Source of the DNA: Eledone cirrhosa
Lineage: Eukaryota
Length of the DNA stretch: 64,000 bases
Direction: 5' to 3'
Assembly: GCA_964016885.1 (NCBI GenBank)
Contig: OZ024742.1
Location: forward strand, 328,910,001-328,974,000
Shown here: positions 22,910 to 34,239 of the stretch, piece after piece
Numbering within the stretch: the stretch's first letter is position 1
How the letters are laid out: the number at the start of each line of letters is the position of its first letter
Position numbers and translations under genes: made by a program
Notes under the pieces: model-generated
Seen by the model: the letters and a program-made list of their open reading frames with translations, nothing else
The model's database searches: none
What the model was told of the DNA's origin: nothing

Positions 22910-25900
22910 ATGACCTCACTCAGAATAGGCAGCATAAATGCGCGTGGCTTGGGGTCGTCATGGAAGCAGGGTCACCTGCTCAACGACCTCAGGTCACTAA
23001 ACATAGATGTAGTGGCCATCAGCGAGACCAGAATCTCCGAAGCACGGGCCTTCGCACCGATCTTCGGCGGCTTCGATGTGTACGCATCTCCCAGCCGTCC
23101 TGGATCCGGTGGAGGAGTTGCTGTGCTTTTTCGGAGAGGTTTGGATCTCGCCATACGGGCCATCTTCCTGGACCCAGAGGGTAAGCTGGTGGTGCTGGAC
23201 GTGACCAGCGGAGACGGGCAAGCTTTCAGGCTAGTGGCCGTCTATGCCCCGACAGGAGCAGGGCGGCCTGATTTCTTCCGGCGTCTGGAGACCTTTCTTG
23301 GAACGTCCCGCTCTTTAGTGTTAGTGGGCGACTGGAACGGGATCTTAGATGCACGCTGGGACTGTGTGGGATTAGCGGATAGGGGTGGAGGGTGCAAGAG
23401 CCTCACCAACCTGCTCAGGCGTTTTGAACTGTCTGACAGGTACCGATTGGATTTCCCGAATGTGCCAATGTGGACTTGGACAAACCGCATAGGGTCATCC
23501 AGATCATATCTAGATAGAGTATTTTGTAGGGAAATAGATAGGTCTAGCATAGGCTGTCCACAATTCAAGATAGTCAGCTACACGGACCACAAATTCGTGA
23601 TCTGTGTGCTTGACTTAGATAGGCTTCATAGACGAGGACCCGGCTACTGGAAGCTAAACGCGTCCTTACCAGCGCGCAAGGCCTACAGAGACCGGATTAG
23701 CGAACTAGTTAAGCGGGCGTTGACGGGAGCCATCGTCAACAACAAGTGGTGGTTTGCTCTGAAAAGAGCGATTAGAATAGAATCGATTAGGTTTAGTAAG
23801 GCTTTAGCAATAGAGAAAAATAGAGCAGAGGGAGAACTAGTTAGAAAATTAGACGAGGCGCTTAGCAAAGGCATTGCGACCGACGTGCTTGCGGCGAAAT
23901 TGGCCCTTGACCAATTCTTCAATGCAAAGCACGAAGGCTGCGTTGTCAGAGCTAGGGTGCGTGCTCTCAGACACGAGGGGACGAAAGCCGTTCAATGGGC
24001 CCGAGTGGCGGAGGCGCGTCGTGGCAACAAAGCCACGATCCGGTCTTTGGTGGACCACGACGGGCGCATGCTACTCGATCCCGGGCAAATGTGTGAAGCT
24101 TTTCAGCGACACTTCGCTCAGCTGTTCGGGGGCAGCGGGGGGCCGGGTAGAGGGATGGACTTTAGTGTCTACCTCGACGGACTGCCGCGGCTCTCGGCCA
24201 CTGAGGCGAAGTGTTGCGAAAAGCCGATAACAGCCGCTGAAGTAAGGGAGGCAATGACTGGCTGCACAAGGGGTAAATCGCCTGGTTTGGATGGTCTGCC
24301 CTATGAACTTTACGTACAGATGCCAGACTTGTTCGGAGGCCTCTTGGCGGACGTCTACTGCAACTGGCAACAGAACGGGAGAATTCCCAGTTCTGTGAGC
24401 CGAGGAGCGGTGGCACTGCTGAGAAAGGATCCGAACAAGGGGGATAACATAGACAATTTCCGGCCCATAACTCTGCTAAACACAGAGTTTAAGATTTTGG
24501 CCAAGGTGCTAGCAAAGAGGTTGGCGCTTGTCGTTGGTGGTCTGGTGGGAGAGGCGCAGACATGCGCCATTCCCGACAGATCCATCCACGACAACCTCCA
24601 CCTCATGCGATACATCGTAGAGAGGGTAGCTAGGGAACCTGGCACGGGTGGGTCCTTGATCAATTTAGATCAGTCGAAAGCTTTCGATAGGGTCGACCAT
24701 CGTTACCTAGCGGCAGTCCTGAGGGCGGCTGGCTTTGGGCCCGTCTTCAGAGGCTGGATCGCTGCCATGCACAGCGACATCTGCTCTGTGGTGAGAGTGA
24801 ACGGTCACCTGTCGGAACCGTTCAACATCATGCGCTCGGTCCGCCAAGGATGTCCCCTCTCGTCCCTCTTGTACGTATTGACTCTCGAGCCATTACTGCA
24901 CAAACTGGAGACGTTGAGGGGAGTCCCGCGCGAACTAGGATGCGGAAGATCCGTGTCAGCATATGCGGACGATGTCACCGTAGTGGTGTCGAACGCCAAA
25001 CACATCGAGGCGATCGGCACTACACTAAGAGAATACGAAGCGGTGACAGGAGCAATGATCAACCAGGAAAAGTCAGTGGGCCTGCAGCTCGGCACCTGGA
25101 GAGGCAGGTCCATGCCGTCCAACAGCGTCGTCGGGCGCTGGACGGACGGACCGGTTAAATTGCTAGGGGTCTGGTTCGGTCCGGACCTCCAGACGGACAA
25201 AAACTGGGACGAGGTGACGAGCAGGGTGGCTTCTCTCACCCAGAAATGGGCGGAGAGGAAGCTATCCCTGAAAGGTCGAGCGGAGGTGGCTAACGCGTAC
25301 ATCGCGTCTGTCATCTGCTACCGCCTAACCGTCGTACCTTGTCCCAAGCCTCGCCTGACTGCGCTGGAGCGTTTGCTCTTTCGCTTTTTGTGGAAGGGAC
25401 GTGCTCCGATGGTCAGGCGGTCCATCTGTTGTCAACACCCGCTACGTGGAGGGCTGGGCATGCCGTGGCTGATGATGCGCAGGCACGCGCTCAGGCTACG
25501 ACATCTCCACCTCTTCCTCGACGGTGATCAGGTGTGGTCGCCGTTTGCTAGACGGGTTTTTCCCCAGCTCGTTTCCTTGACGGAGCTGCAGTCCTGGGTC
25601 AAGCGAAGACCGAGAGGGAGCGCCTGGAGACTGGAATGTCTTCAGGCGCTCACAGCCCTCGACCAATCGGGCAATGTGATCGGTGGAAACTCCACCTCGG
25701 CGTTCTATAGAGGATTAGTGGAGGGGAAGAGCGACGACGTACTTGGGGAAACTCTAGGCGTCGACGAAAATCAACTAGCCAATCTCTTCGGAAGAACTTT
25801 CGGGCCGGGGCCTATGGACAACTTCCAGAAATCTCTGGCCTGGCAGTGCTACCGAGGAGCCTTGCCAGTTCGGGATAAACTCTACAGGCATGGAGGTGCC

Positions 25901-26329
25901 GTCAGCCGGGCATGTCCGAGATGCGCGCAGGGCGACGAAACCGTCCTGCACGCACTCGTCCAGTGTCCGAAAATTGCTGACTTGTGGGTTTATGTCGAAC
26001 ACCTGCTGTCGCGTTTAGGACGGATCCAGCTATCATCTGAGGCCATCGTGAGGATTGCCCCGCCCTCCTCCTTTAGCCGGGAAGGGCAGGCAGTTTTTAT
26101 CTGTCTGGTGGCCATGGCGAAAGAGATAGTATGGTGGACACGTTTGAAAGGGCTGAAGACGAGCACTTACCTCTTCGGTGATGCTCTGATTGACTTTTTC
26201 AAATTTCATTTGAAAAGGAAAATCAGAGTAGAGAGGGAAGTGCTCTCTTCCCAGCATTTTGTTGAAAGATGGGTGAGAGAAGCAAGAATGGCCCGAGTGA
26301 ATGGGCCGACTCTGAGTATATATCTGTAA
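22910..26329 (+). CDS. Tx1/L1 ORF2: apurinic-like endonuclease + reverse transcriptase + C-terminal CCHC
   Basis: 1139 aa; INARG, SET, VYAP, GDWN, YLD, TDH, YWKLN, KSPGLDG, FRPITLLN, KAFDRV, QGCPLS, YADD, GGLG, CPRCAQGDETVLHALVQC. Confidence 0.97.
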   Translation: MTSLRIGSINARGLGSSWKQGHLLNDLRSLNIDVVAISETRISEARAFAPIFGGFDVYASPSRPGSGGGVAVLFRRGLDLAIRAIFLDPEGKLVVLDVTSGDGQAFRLVAVYAPTGAGRPDFFRRLETFLGTSRSLVLVGDWNGILDARWDCVGLADRGGGCKSLTNLLRRFELSDRYRLDFPNVPMWTWTNRIGSSRSYLDRVFCREIDRSSIGCPQFKIVSYTDHKFVICVLDLDRLHRRGPGYWKLNASLPARKAYRDRISELVKRALTGAIVNNKWWFALKRAIRIESIRFSKALAIEKNRAEGELVRKLDEALSKGIATDVLAAKLALDQFFNAKHEGCVVRARVRALRHEGTKAVQWARVAEARRGNKATIRSLVDHDGRMLLDPGQMCEAFQRHFAQLFGGSGGPGRGMDFSVYLDGLPRLSATEAKCCEKPITAAEVREAMTGCTRGKSPGLDGLPYELYVQMPDLFGGLLADVYCNWQQNGRIPSSVSRGAVALLRKDPNKGDNIDNFRPITLLNTEFKILAKVLAKRLALVVGGLVGEAQTCAIPDRSIHDNLHLMRYIVERVAREPGTGGSLINLDQSKAFDRVDHRYLAAVLRAAGFGPVFRGWIAAMHSDICSVVRVNGHLSEPFNIMRSVRQGCPLSSLLYVLTLEPLLHKLETLRGVPRELGCGRSVSAYADDVTVVVSNAKHIEAIGTTLREYEAVTGAMINQEKSVGLQLGTWRGRSMPSNSVVGRWTDGPVKLLGVWFGPDLQTDKNWDEVTSRVASLTQKWAERKLSLKGRAEVANAYIASVICYRLTVVPCPKPRLTALERLLFRFLWKGRAPMVRRSICCQHPLRGGLGMPWLMMRRHALRLRHLHLFLDGDQVWSPFARRVFPQLVSLTELQSWVKRRPRGSAWRLECLQALTALDQSGNVIGGNSTSAFYRGLVEGKSDDVLGETLGVDENQLANLFGRTFGPGPMDNFQKSLAWQCYRGALPVRDKLYRHGGAVSRACPRCAQGDETVLHALVQCPKIADLWVYVEHLLSRLGRIQLSSEAIVRIAPPSSFSREGQAVFICLVAMAKEIVWWTRLKGLKTSTYLFGDALIDFFKFHLKRKIRVEREVLSSQHFVERWVREARMARVNGPTLSIYL

Positions 26330-26590
26330 ACTAAAGGTGGAAAACTGGGAGAGGGCACTTGCCTTGGTGGTCAGGGTCATTGTGGCTTTTCACTGGGCTT
26401 TCTCCACAAATGTCCCTCCGAAGTCTCCCCCCTATTGGGGAATTTTTCATTGTTATTTTCATTGTTATTTTTGTTACATCCTCTGTTTTTGTTTTTTTTA
26501 CACGCAGAAATGCCCATTTGTACCGTCCTGCATTGTTCTGCACTGTCCTTAATGTCTACTTTATGTAAACCCTTGTGGTTAATAAAGAAA

Positions 26591-26634
<44 letters not shown>

Positions 26635-26665
26635 ATTATTATCATTATTATCGTTATTATATATA

Positions 26666-26753
26666 GGTGAATTGGCAGTATCGGTAGAGGGCTGGATGCC
26701 ATGCCTTGCAGCAATGTCTACTTTATGTGAACCCTTGTGGTTAATAAAGAAAA

Positions 26754-26792
<39 letters not shown>

Positions 26793-26811
26793 CATTATTA
26801 TTATTATTATT
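26666..26811 (+). mobile_element. 48 bp SINE head fused to a ~41 bp Tx1 3'-end stub with (ATT)n tail
   Basis: GGTGAATTGGCAG...CTTGCAGCA identical to 32900-32948, then ATGTCTACTTTATGTGAACCCTTGTGGTTAATAAAGAAAAC(ATT)n. Confidence 0.9.
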
Positions 26812-27024
26812 GAATGCCATGGTTGACGGAGGCTCGGCTCTGTAAGGTATAGTAATTTTTAACCGTTAAAACAATTGTAAATTGTTTAAAACTTGAACCA
26901 AATTGTTGATAAAGACACCCTCCTCCTCGTGAGAGGGGTCTTTCTGTCCGTTATTTGGCCCTTCGGGGTTAAATAACCAGTTATTGGGGTTTTGTACCCA
27001 AAATTTCATTTTAAACAAAAAAAC

Positions 27025-29116
27025 ATGGCTACCAAAAAGAAATTTCATACGTCACTCCCACTCATTCCGTCTTCTTCTTCCTCAATCATCACTACAGCAG
27101 AGAGAAGATTGTCTCTCTCCCTCCCTTCTTTAAATGTGTCTCTCTCCCTCCCTTCTCTTTCGCAAGCGACGAAAGAAAAGAAAAGTCTCGTGCAAAGCGT
27201 GCAAGGTTTCTCCACGACGACGACGACAGCGACGAAACAGGTGTGCGGGAAATATGAAAACCCAGTTCATTCGTCTGACGTCAGGAATAATAGCAGTAGC
27301 AGCCGTAATAACAACAGCAACAGTGACAATGAAAACAACAGTAGCAGCCGCAACAGCATCACCAGCAGCATAAACAACAACAGCATTAGCAGCAGCAACA
27401 CCAACAACAACCACAGCAACAGCGGCGGAGGCAGTAGTCGTAGTACCTGCAGCAACAAAAGTACCAGCAGCTCTGACGACAACAACAACAGCAGAGAAAA
27501 ACCAATCTCATTTGCAGGTATTGCGAAAAACTTGGAAACAATCCTCATAACAAATGAGGAATTAGAGGAAGCGAAGAAGATGGCGACAAAGAACGGACAC
27601 CGAGCAATCTGCAAGGCAGGGAAAAATTTTTTTCGAAACTTAAGAGCACTGTACGGTCACGTACCGTACAGTAAGTACAAAATCCCGTAGGGTGGAAAGA
27701 GCCACAGAGGCCCAAATACAAAAAGCCTTGGGGTCTGTGTGGCAGAGGAAAACGCACATCACCCGAGGCAAAAAATACGCCACCGTAGACGTACTTTTTG
27801 CCACACCCCAGGAGGCAAAGGCCCAATCAGTAGTGACCCTAAGGAGCGAGGAAATGGTGTTGGTGCCCTCCTACTGCGGGCAAAAAATTGTGAGGGTCAA
27901 ACTGACCCACGTCCCCCCCGGAATGACCCCTTCTTGGCTGGCCGCGTCTGTCCTCGTCGGAATCGAGGACAAAACAACTGTACTGCAAGTACAGAAAAAA
28001 GTAAGAGAAGATTGGGTCGGCTCCTCCATTGAGATGCTAATCCAAACCAACCAGGAGTGCATCGAAGCTATCCCGGATGTGATAGACTTCGATAACGGCA
28101 CTCAACTGCCCATAAGTGTTGAGGGAAAACGCCCGAAATGCTTTCGCTGTGGATCGAAGACTCACCTCAGGGCCTTCTGCAACGAGAAGACCCTGAGAAA
28201 GGAGAAAACCCCCCTCCTTCCGAATCCGGCTCCACGGCTACCAGCAACAGGACAAGCGGCAACCAGGAACGATAGGTCCGTGGCACCCATACCCACTCCA
28301 CGGAAATCAAAGACAGCAGCAGCAGTGGAAATATTAACAACAACAACAGCAATACCAAATGCAGCTGCAACAGAGACTCCAGTGCAAACATCACCAACAA
28401 CAACAAGTGAAAGAGTGGAGCTGGTACCCCTCCCCGACCTTACAGAATCAGACATGGAGTGTGAGGTGGGAGAGGGATGGCAAAAGGTCGCAAGAAGGCA
28501 CAAACGCAGAAGCAGCGCATCGTCGCCTTTGAAAAGGGAGGAAAGAAATGAGAAAAGGGTAAAGTCTACTGCAAAGAGACCCACAGCAGCAACACCACCA
28601 ACACCATCACCACCCACACCAGCACCACCATCACCACCGGCGACAACCCCACCGCCAACAACACCTTCAACACCACCACCACAAGCACCAACATCGCAAA
28701 CACAACAACAAAACACACACACCCAGCAACAACGACAAGAAAATAGCAGAACCACACCCCACCCCCAGAAAAACAAATGCACGGCAATAAACACACACAA
28801 GAAACTAATGACTTACATAATTGAACACACAGACATTTCACAACAGGACTACATAATACCAGCACCAATCAAAACGCCAACTAACATAAGACTGCTAAAA
28901 ATAGCACAGAAACAATACACAAACATTAAAACGAAATTCCCCAACGCAGTTGGTGATTTCAGGGACCTAGGAGGAACCATCAATCGAAGAGTATATTCAG
29001 ACATTCTCTTAGAAGAGCCGACGACCAGCCGAAGGGACGATTCAACGGTCCCTTCACCAGACGATCAAGTGAAAAGGGATGTAAAAACCATCCCTCCTCT
29101 ACCAAAAGTACGGTAA
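27025..29116 (+). pseudogene. Tx1 ORF1 type A, single frameshift
   Basis: ORFs 26992-27690 and 27692-29116 together match the 698 aa ORF1. Confidence 0.92.
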
Positions 29117-29151
29117 GTGGTCTTTCCCATCTTTTCCACTCTATTTTAAAC

Positions 29152-32100
29152 ATGACCTCACTCAGAATAGGCAGCATAAATGCGCGTGGCTTGGGGTCGT
29201 CATGGAAGCAGGGTCACCTGCTCAACGACCTCAGGTCACTAAACATAGATGTAGTGGCCATCAGCGAGACCAGAATCTCCGAAGCACGGGCCTTCGCACC
29301 GATCTTCGGCGGCTACGATGTGTACGCATCTCCCAGCCGTCCTGGATCGGGTGGAGGAGTTGCTGTGCTTTTTCGGAGAGGTTTGGATCTCGCCATACGG
29401 GCCATCTTCCTGGACCCAGAGGGTAAGCTGGTGGTGCTGGACGTGACCAGCGGAGACGGGCAAGCTTTCAGGCTAGTGGCCGTCTATGCCCCGACAGGAG
29501 CAGGGCGGCCTGATTTCTTCCGGCGTCTGGAGACCTTTCTTGGAACGTCCCGCTCTTTAGTGTTAGTGGGCGACTGGAACGGGATCTTAGATGCACGCTG
29601 GGACTGTGTGGGATTAGCGGATAGGGGTGGAGGGTGCAAGAGCCTCACCAACCTGCTCAGGCGTTTTGAACTGTCTGACAGGTACCGATTGGATTTCCCG
29701 AATGTGCCAATGTGGACTTGGACAAATCGCATAGGGTCATCCAGATCATATCTAGATAGAGTATTTTGTAGGGAAATAGATAGGTCTAGCATAGGCTGTC
29801 CACAATTCAAGATAGTCAGCTACACGGACCACAAATTCGTGACCTGTGTGCTTGACTTAGATAGGCTTCATAGACGAGGACCCGGCTACTGGAAGCTAAA
29901 CGCGTCCTTACCAGCGCGCAAGGCCTACAGAGACCGGATTAGCGAACTAGTTAAGCGGGCGTTGACGGGGGCCATCGTCAACAACAAGTGGTGGTTTGCT
30001 CTGAAAAGAGCGATTAGAATAGAATCGATTAGGTTTAGTAAGGCTTTAGCAATAGAGAAAAATAGAGCAGAGGGAGAACTAGTTAGAAAATTAGACGAGG
30101 CGCTTAGCAAAGGCATTGCGACCGACGTGCTTGCGGCGAAATTGGCCCTTGACCAATTCTTCAATGCAAAGCACGAAGGCTGCGTTGTCAGAGCTAGGGT
30201 GCGTGCTCTCAGACACGAGGGGACGAAAGCCGTTCAATGGGCCCGAGTGGCGGAGGCGCGTCGTGGCAACAAAGCCACGATCCGGTCTTTGGTGGACCAC
30301 GACGGGCGCATGCTACTCGATCCCGGGCAAATGTGTGAAGCTTTTCAGCGACACTTCGCTCAGCTGTTCGGGGGCAGCGGGGGGCCGGGTAGAGGGATGG
30401 ACTTTAGTGTCTACCTCGACGGACTGCCGCGGCTCTCGGCCACTGAGGCGAAGTGTTGCGAAAAGCCGATAACAGCCGCTGAAGTACGGGAGGCAATGAC
30501 TGGCTGCACAAGGGGTAAATCGCCTGGTTTGGATGGTCTGCCCTATGAACTTTACGTACAGATGCCAGACTTGTTCGGAGGCCTCTTGGCGGACGTCTAC
30601 TGCAACTGGCAACAGAACGGGAGAATTCCCAGTTCTGTGAGCCGAGGAGCGGTGGCACTGCTGAGAAAGGATCCGAACAAGGGGGATAACATAGACAATT
30701 TCCGGCCCATAACTCTGCTAAACACAGAGTTTAAGATTTTGGCCAAGGTGCTAGCAAAGAGGTTGGCGCTTGTCGTTGGTGGTCTGGTGGGAGAGGCGCA
30801 GACATGCGCCATTCCCGACAGATCCATCCACGACAACCTCCACCTCATGCGATACATCGTAGAGAGGGTAGCTAGGGAACCTGGCACGGGTGGGTCCTTG
30901 ATCAATTTAGATCAGTCGAAAGCTTTCGATAGGGTCGACCATCGTTACCTAGCGGCAGTCCTGAGGGCGGCTGGCTTTGGGCCCGTCTTCAGAGGCTGGA
31001 TCGCTGCCATGCACAGCGACATCTGCTCTGTGGTGAGAGTGAACGGTCACCTGTCGGAACCGTTCAACATCATGCGCTCGGTCCGCCAAGGATGTCCCCT
31101 CTCGTCCCTCTTGTACGTATTGACTCTCGAGCCATTACTGCACAAACTGGAGACGTTGAGGGGAGTCCCGCGCGAACTAGGATGCGGAAGATCCGTGTCA
31201 GCATATGCGGACGATGTCACCGTAGTGGTGTCGAACGCCAAACACATCGAGGTGATCGGCACTACACTAAGAGAATACGAAGCGGTGACAGGAGCAATGA
31301 TCAACCAGGAAAAGTCAGTGGGCCTGCAGCTCGGCACCTGGAGAGGCAGGTCCATGCCGTCCAACAGCGTCGTCGGGCGCTGGACGGACGGACCGGTTAA
31401 ATTGCTAGGGGTCTGGTTCGGTCCGGACCTCCAGACGGACAAAAACTGGGACGAGGTGACGAGCAGGGTGGCTTCTCTCACCCAGAAATGAGCGGAGAGG
31501 AAGCTATCCCTGAAAGGTCGAGCGGAGGTGGCTAACGCGTACATCGCGTCTGTCATCTGCTACCGCCTAACCGTCGTACCTTGTCCTAAGCCTCGCCTGA
31601 CTGCGCTGGAGCGTTTGCTCTTTCGCTTTTTGTGGAAGGGACGTGCTCCGATGGTCAGGCGGTCCATCTGTTGTCAACACCCGCTACGTGGAGGGCTGGG
31701 CATGCCGTGGCTGATGATGCGCAGGCACGCGCTCAGGCTACGACATCTCCACCTCTTCCTCGACGGTGATCAGGTGTGGTCGCCGTTTGCTAGACGCGTT
31801 TTTCCCCAGCTCGTCTCCTTGACGGAGCTGCAGTCCTGGGTCAAGCGAAGACCGAGAGGGAGCGCCTGGAGACTGGAATGTCTTCAGGCGCTCACAGCCC
31901 TCGACCAATCGGGCAATGTGATCGGTGGAAACTCCACCTCGGCGTTCTATAGAGGATTAGTGGAGGGGAAGAGCGACGACGTACTTGGGGAAACTCTAGG
32001 CGTCGACGAAAATCAACTAGCCAATCTCTTCGGAAGAACTTTCGGGCCAGGGCCTATGGACAACTTCCAGAAATCTCTGGCCTGGCAGTGCTACCGAGGA

Positions 32101-32571
32101 GCCTTGCCAGTTCGGGATAAACTCTACAGGCATGGAGGTGCCGTCAGTCGGGCATGTCCGAGATGCGCGCAGGGCGACGAAACCGTCCTGCACGCACTCG
32201 TCCAGTATCCGAAAATTGCTGACTTGTGGGTTTATGTCGAACACCTGCTGTCGCGTTTAGGACGGATCCAGCTATCATCTGAGTCTATCGTGAGGATTGC
32301 CCCGCCCTCCTCCTTTAGCCGGGAAGGGCAGGCAGTTTTTATCTGTCTGGTGGCCATGGCGAAAGAGATAGTATGGTGGACACGTTTGAAAGGGCTGAAG
32401 ACGAGCACTTACCTCTTCGGTGATGCTCTGATTGACTTTTTCAAATTTCATTTGAAAAGGAAAATCAGAGTAGAGAAGGAAGTGCTCTCTTCCCAGCATT
32501 TTGTTGAAAGATGGGTGAGAGAAGCAAGAATGGCCCGAGTGAATGGGCCGACTCTGAGTATATATCTGTAA
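29152..32571 (+). pseudogene. Tx1 ORF2 with one premature stop; also Cys>Tyr in the CCHC
   Basis: 779 aa + 347 aa in the same frame; VQYPK instead of VQCPK. Confidence 0.94.
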
Positions 32572-32899
32572 ACTAAAGGTGGAAAACTGGGAGAGGGCAC
32601 TTGCCTTGGTGGTCAGGGTCATTGTGGCTTTTTACTGGGCTTTCTCCACAAATGTCCCTCCGAAGTCTCCCCCCTATTGGGGAATTTTTCATTGTTATTT
32701 TCATTGTTATTTTTGTTACATCCTCTGTTTTTGTTTTTTTACACGCAGAAATGCCCATTTGTACCGTCCTGCATTGTCCTGCACTGTCCTTAATGTCTAC
32801 TTTATGTAAACCCTTGTGGTTAATAAAGAAATCATTATTATTAATATTATTATTATTATTAATATTATTATCATTATTATTATTATCGTTATTATATAT

Positions 32900-33120
32900 A
32901 GGTGAATTGGCAGTATCGGTAGAGGGCTGGATGCCATGCCTTGCAGCATATAGTTATGGGCTTTTATGATCTGAGTTCAAATTCCGCCAAGGTTAACTTT
33001 GCCTTTCATCCTTACGGGGTAGATAACATTAAGTACCAGTCACACACTGGGGTCGATTTAATGAACTTTTCCCTGCCCCCAAATCGCTGGCCTTGTGTGT
33101 AGATAAGAAACCATTAATGT
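32900..33120 (+). mobile_element. tRNA-derived SINE (ATT-tailed family), older copy closing the array
   Basis: GAGTTCAAATTCC B box, CTTTCATCCTTACGGGG core, GGCCTTGTG 3' motif. Confidence 0.88.
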
Positions 33121-33629
33121 TATAATATATATACAAATAGTGAAAACAATGAAATTAAACAAAAAATTGTTAATTCATAGTAAACCTCATTATTTTACGA
33201 TCGTTTCTGGGGGTAGCTCCCCGTATGTCCATCCTATTATTGATCTATGTAAAATATATTACAAATTATCATGGTAAGAAAATATACATACGTCTTCTCA
33301 ATACGTGTGTAAGGCTATACATTTCAGACAACGCTATTTGTATTTTAAAGAGCTCAGGATTTCTTCTCCTTTGAGCACATTATTTACACGGTATGGCGAG
33401 AGCCTATGTCTCCGTTAATTTAACGTGATATTTCGCTCCTTATAACAGACTTTCCTATCTCTCTCTTTGGTTGGTTGAGCACACTTCTCTGAGTTGTTTT
33501 GGGCTGATCTTTCTAGCAGCTCGTCCCTCAGAGGCCACTGGTTCACTGCCCCTAAACACGCTGTGACCCACATGTAGCTTGACAGTCACTTTTAAAATTC
33601 TCTTAGTGTTGTCTGAAATGTATAGCCTT

Positions 33630-33709
33630 ACACACGCTGATGAACCGAGGTTATTCTATTTCTGTCAACAAATTATTGGCGAAACAACTCTTTGGATTTG
33701 TACGTGTGT
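33630..33709 (+). ncRNA. Type I hammerhead ribozyme motif (probable Penelope pLTR)
   Basis: Stem I ACACACG/CGTGTGT, CTGATGA, GAAA, stem III ACAA/TTGT, GTA cleavage triplet; stem II imperfect. Confidence 0.75.
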
Positions 33710-34086
33710 TATATAGTTATAGAGGTATTTATTTACGCTTTAATTTATATTTTTAATTATCGTGTCTATAGTATGCCTTTCATAGGTTATAGATTCCATA
33801 CACTGGTGTTTTTTTTCCTGTTTTATTGATAGCGCACTGTATATCTCTCTCTGGTGTGTTACCTTTTCAAAATATTATATATATATATATATATATAACA
33901 AAGGTATTGTGGTAAGGAACCAGATGGACCATAACGCACAAGAGTACTCAATACTTAGGGTAGTAGAGTGGGAGATAGGAAAAATAATGACCCCGACGGC
34001 ATAGCTCAAACCGTTTCGACGGCTATTTCTGGACTAGAAATAGCCGGCGAAACGGCTTGAGCTCAGCCGTCGGGGTCATACTTTGT

Positions 34087-34239
<153 letters not shown>

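Larger units (their letters stand above)
20564..26660 (+). mobile_element. Tx1/L1-clade LINE copy A2, full-length and intact
   Basis: 5'UTR 214 nt, intact ORF1 and ORF2, 3'UTR with AATAAA, (ATT)n tail. Confidence 0.97.
26812..32899 (+). mobile_element. Tx1/L1-clade LINE copy A3, full-length, two lesions
   Basis: Near-identical to A2; +1 frameshift in ORF1 at ~27630; TGG>TGA at 31489 in ORF2. Confidence 0.96.

Noticed and set aside
22872-22912. Stop readthrough or programmed frameshift joining ORF1 and ORF2
   Set aside because: The spacer is 35 nt in type A and 34 nt in type B, so neither is in frame and the offset is not conserved; no slippery heptamer before the stop
1272-32899. Target-site duplications of the LINEs
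   Set aside because: Cannot be distinguished inside ATT tracts
401-33120. CRISPR-like repeat-spacer pattern
   Set aside because: The repeats are simple ATT tails and the spacers are kilobase retroelements; eukaryotic context, no cas genes
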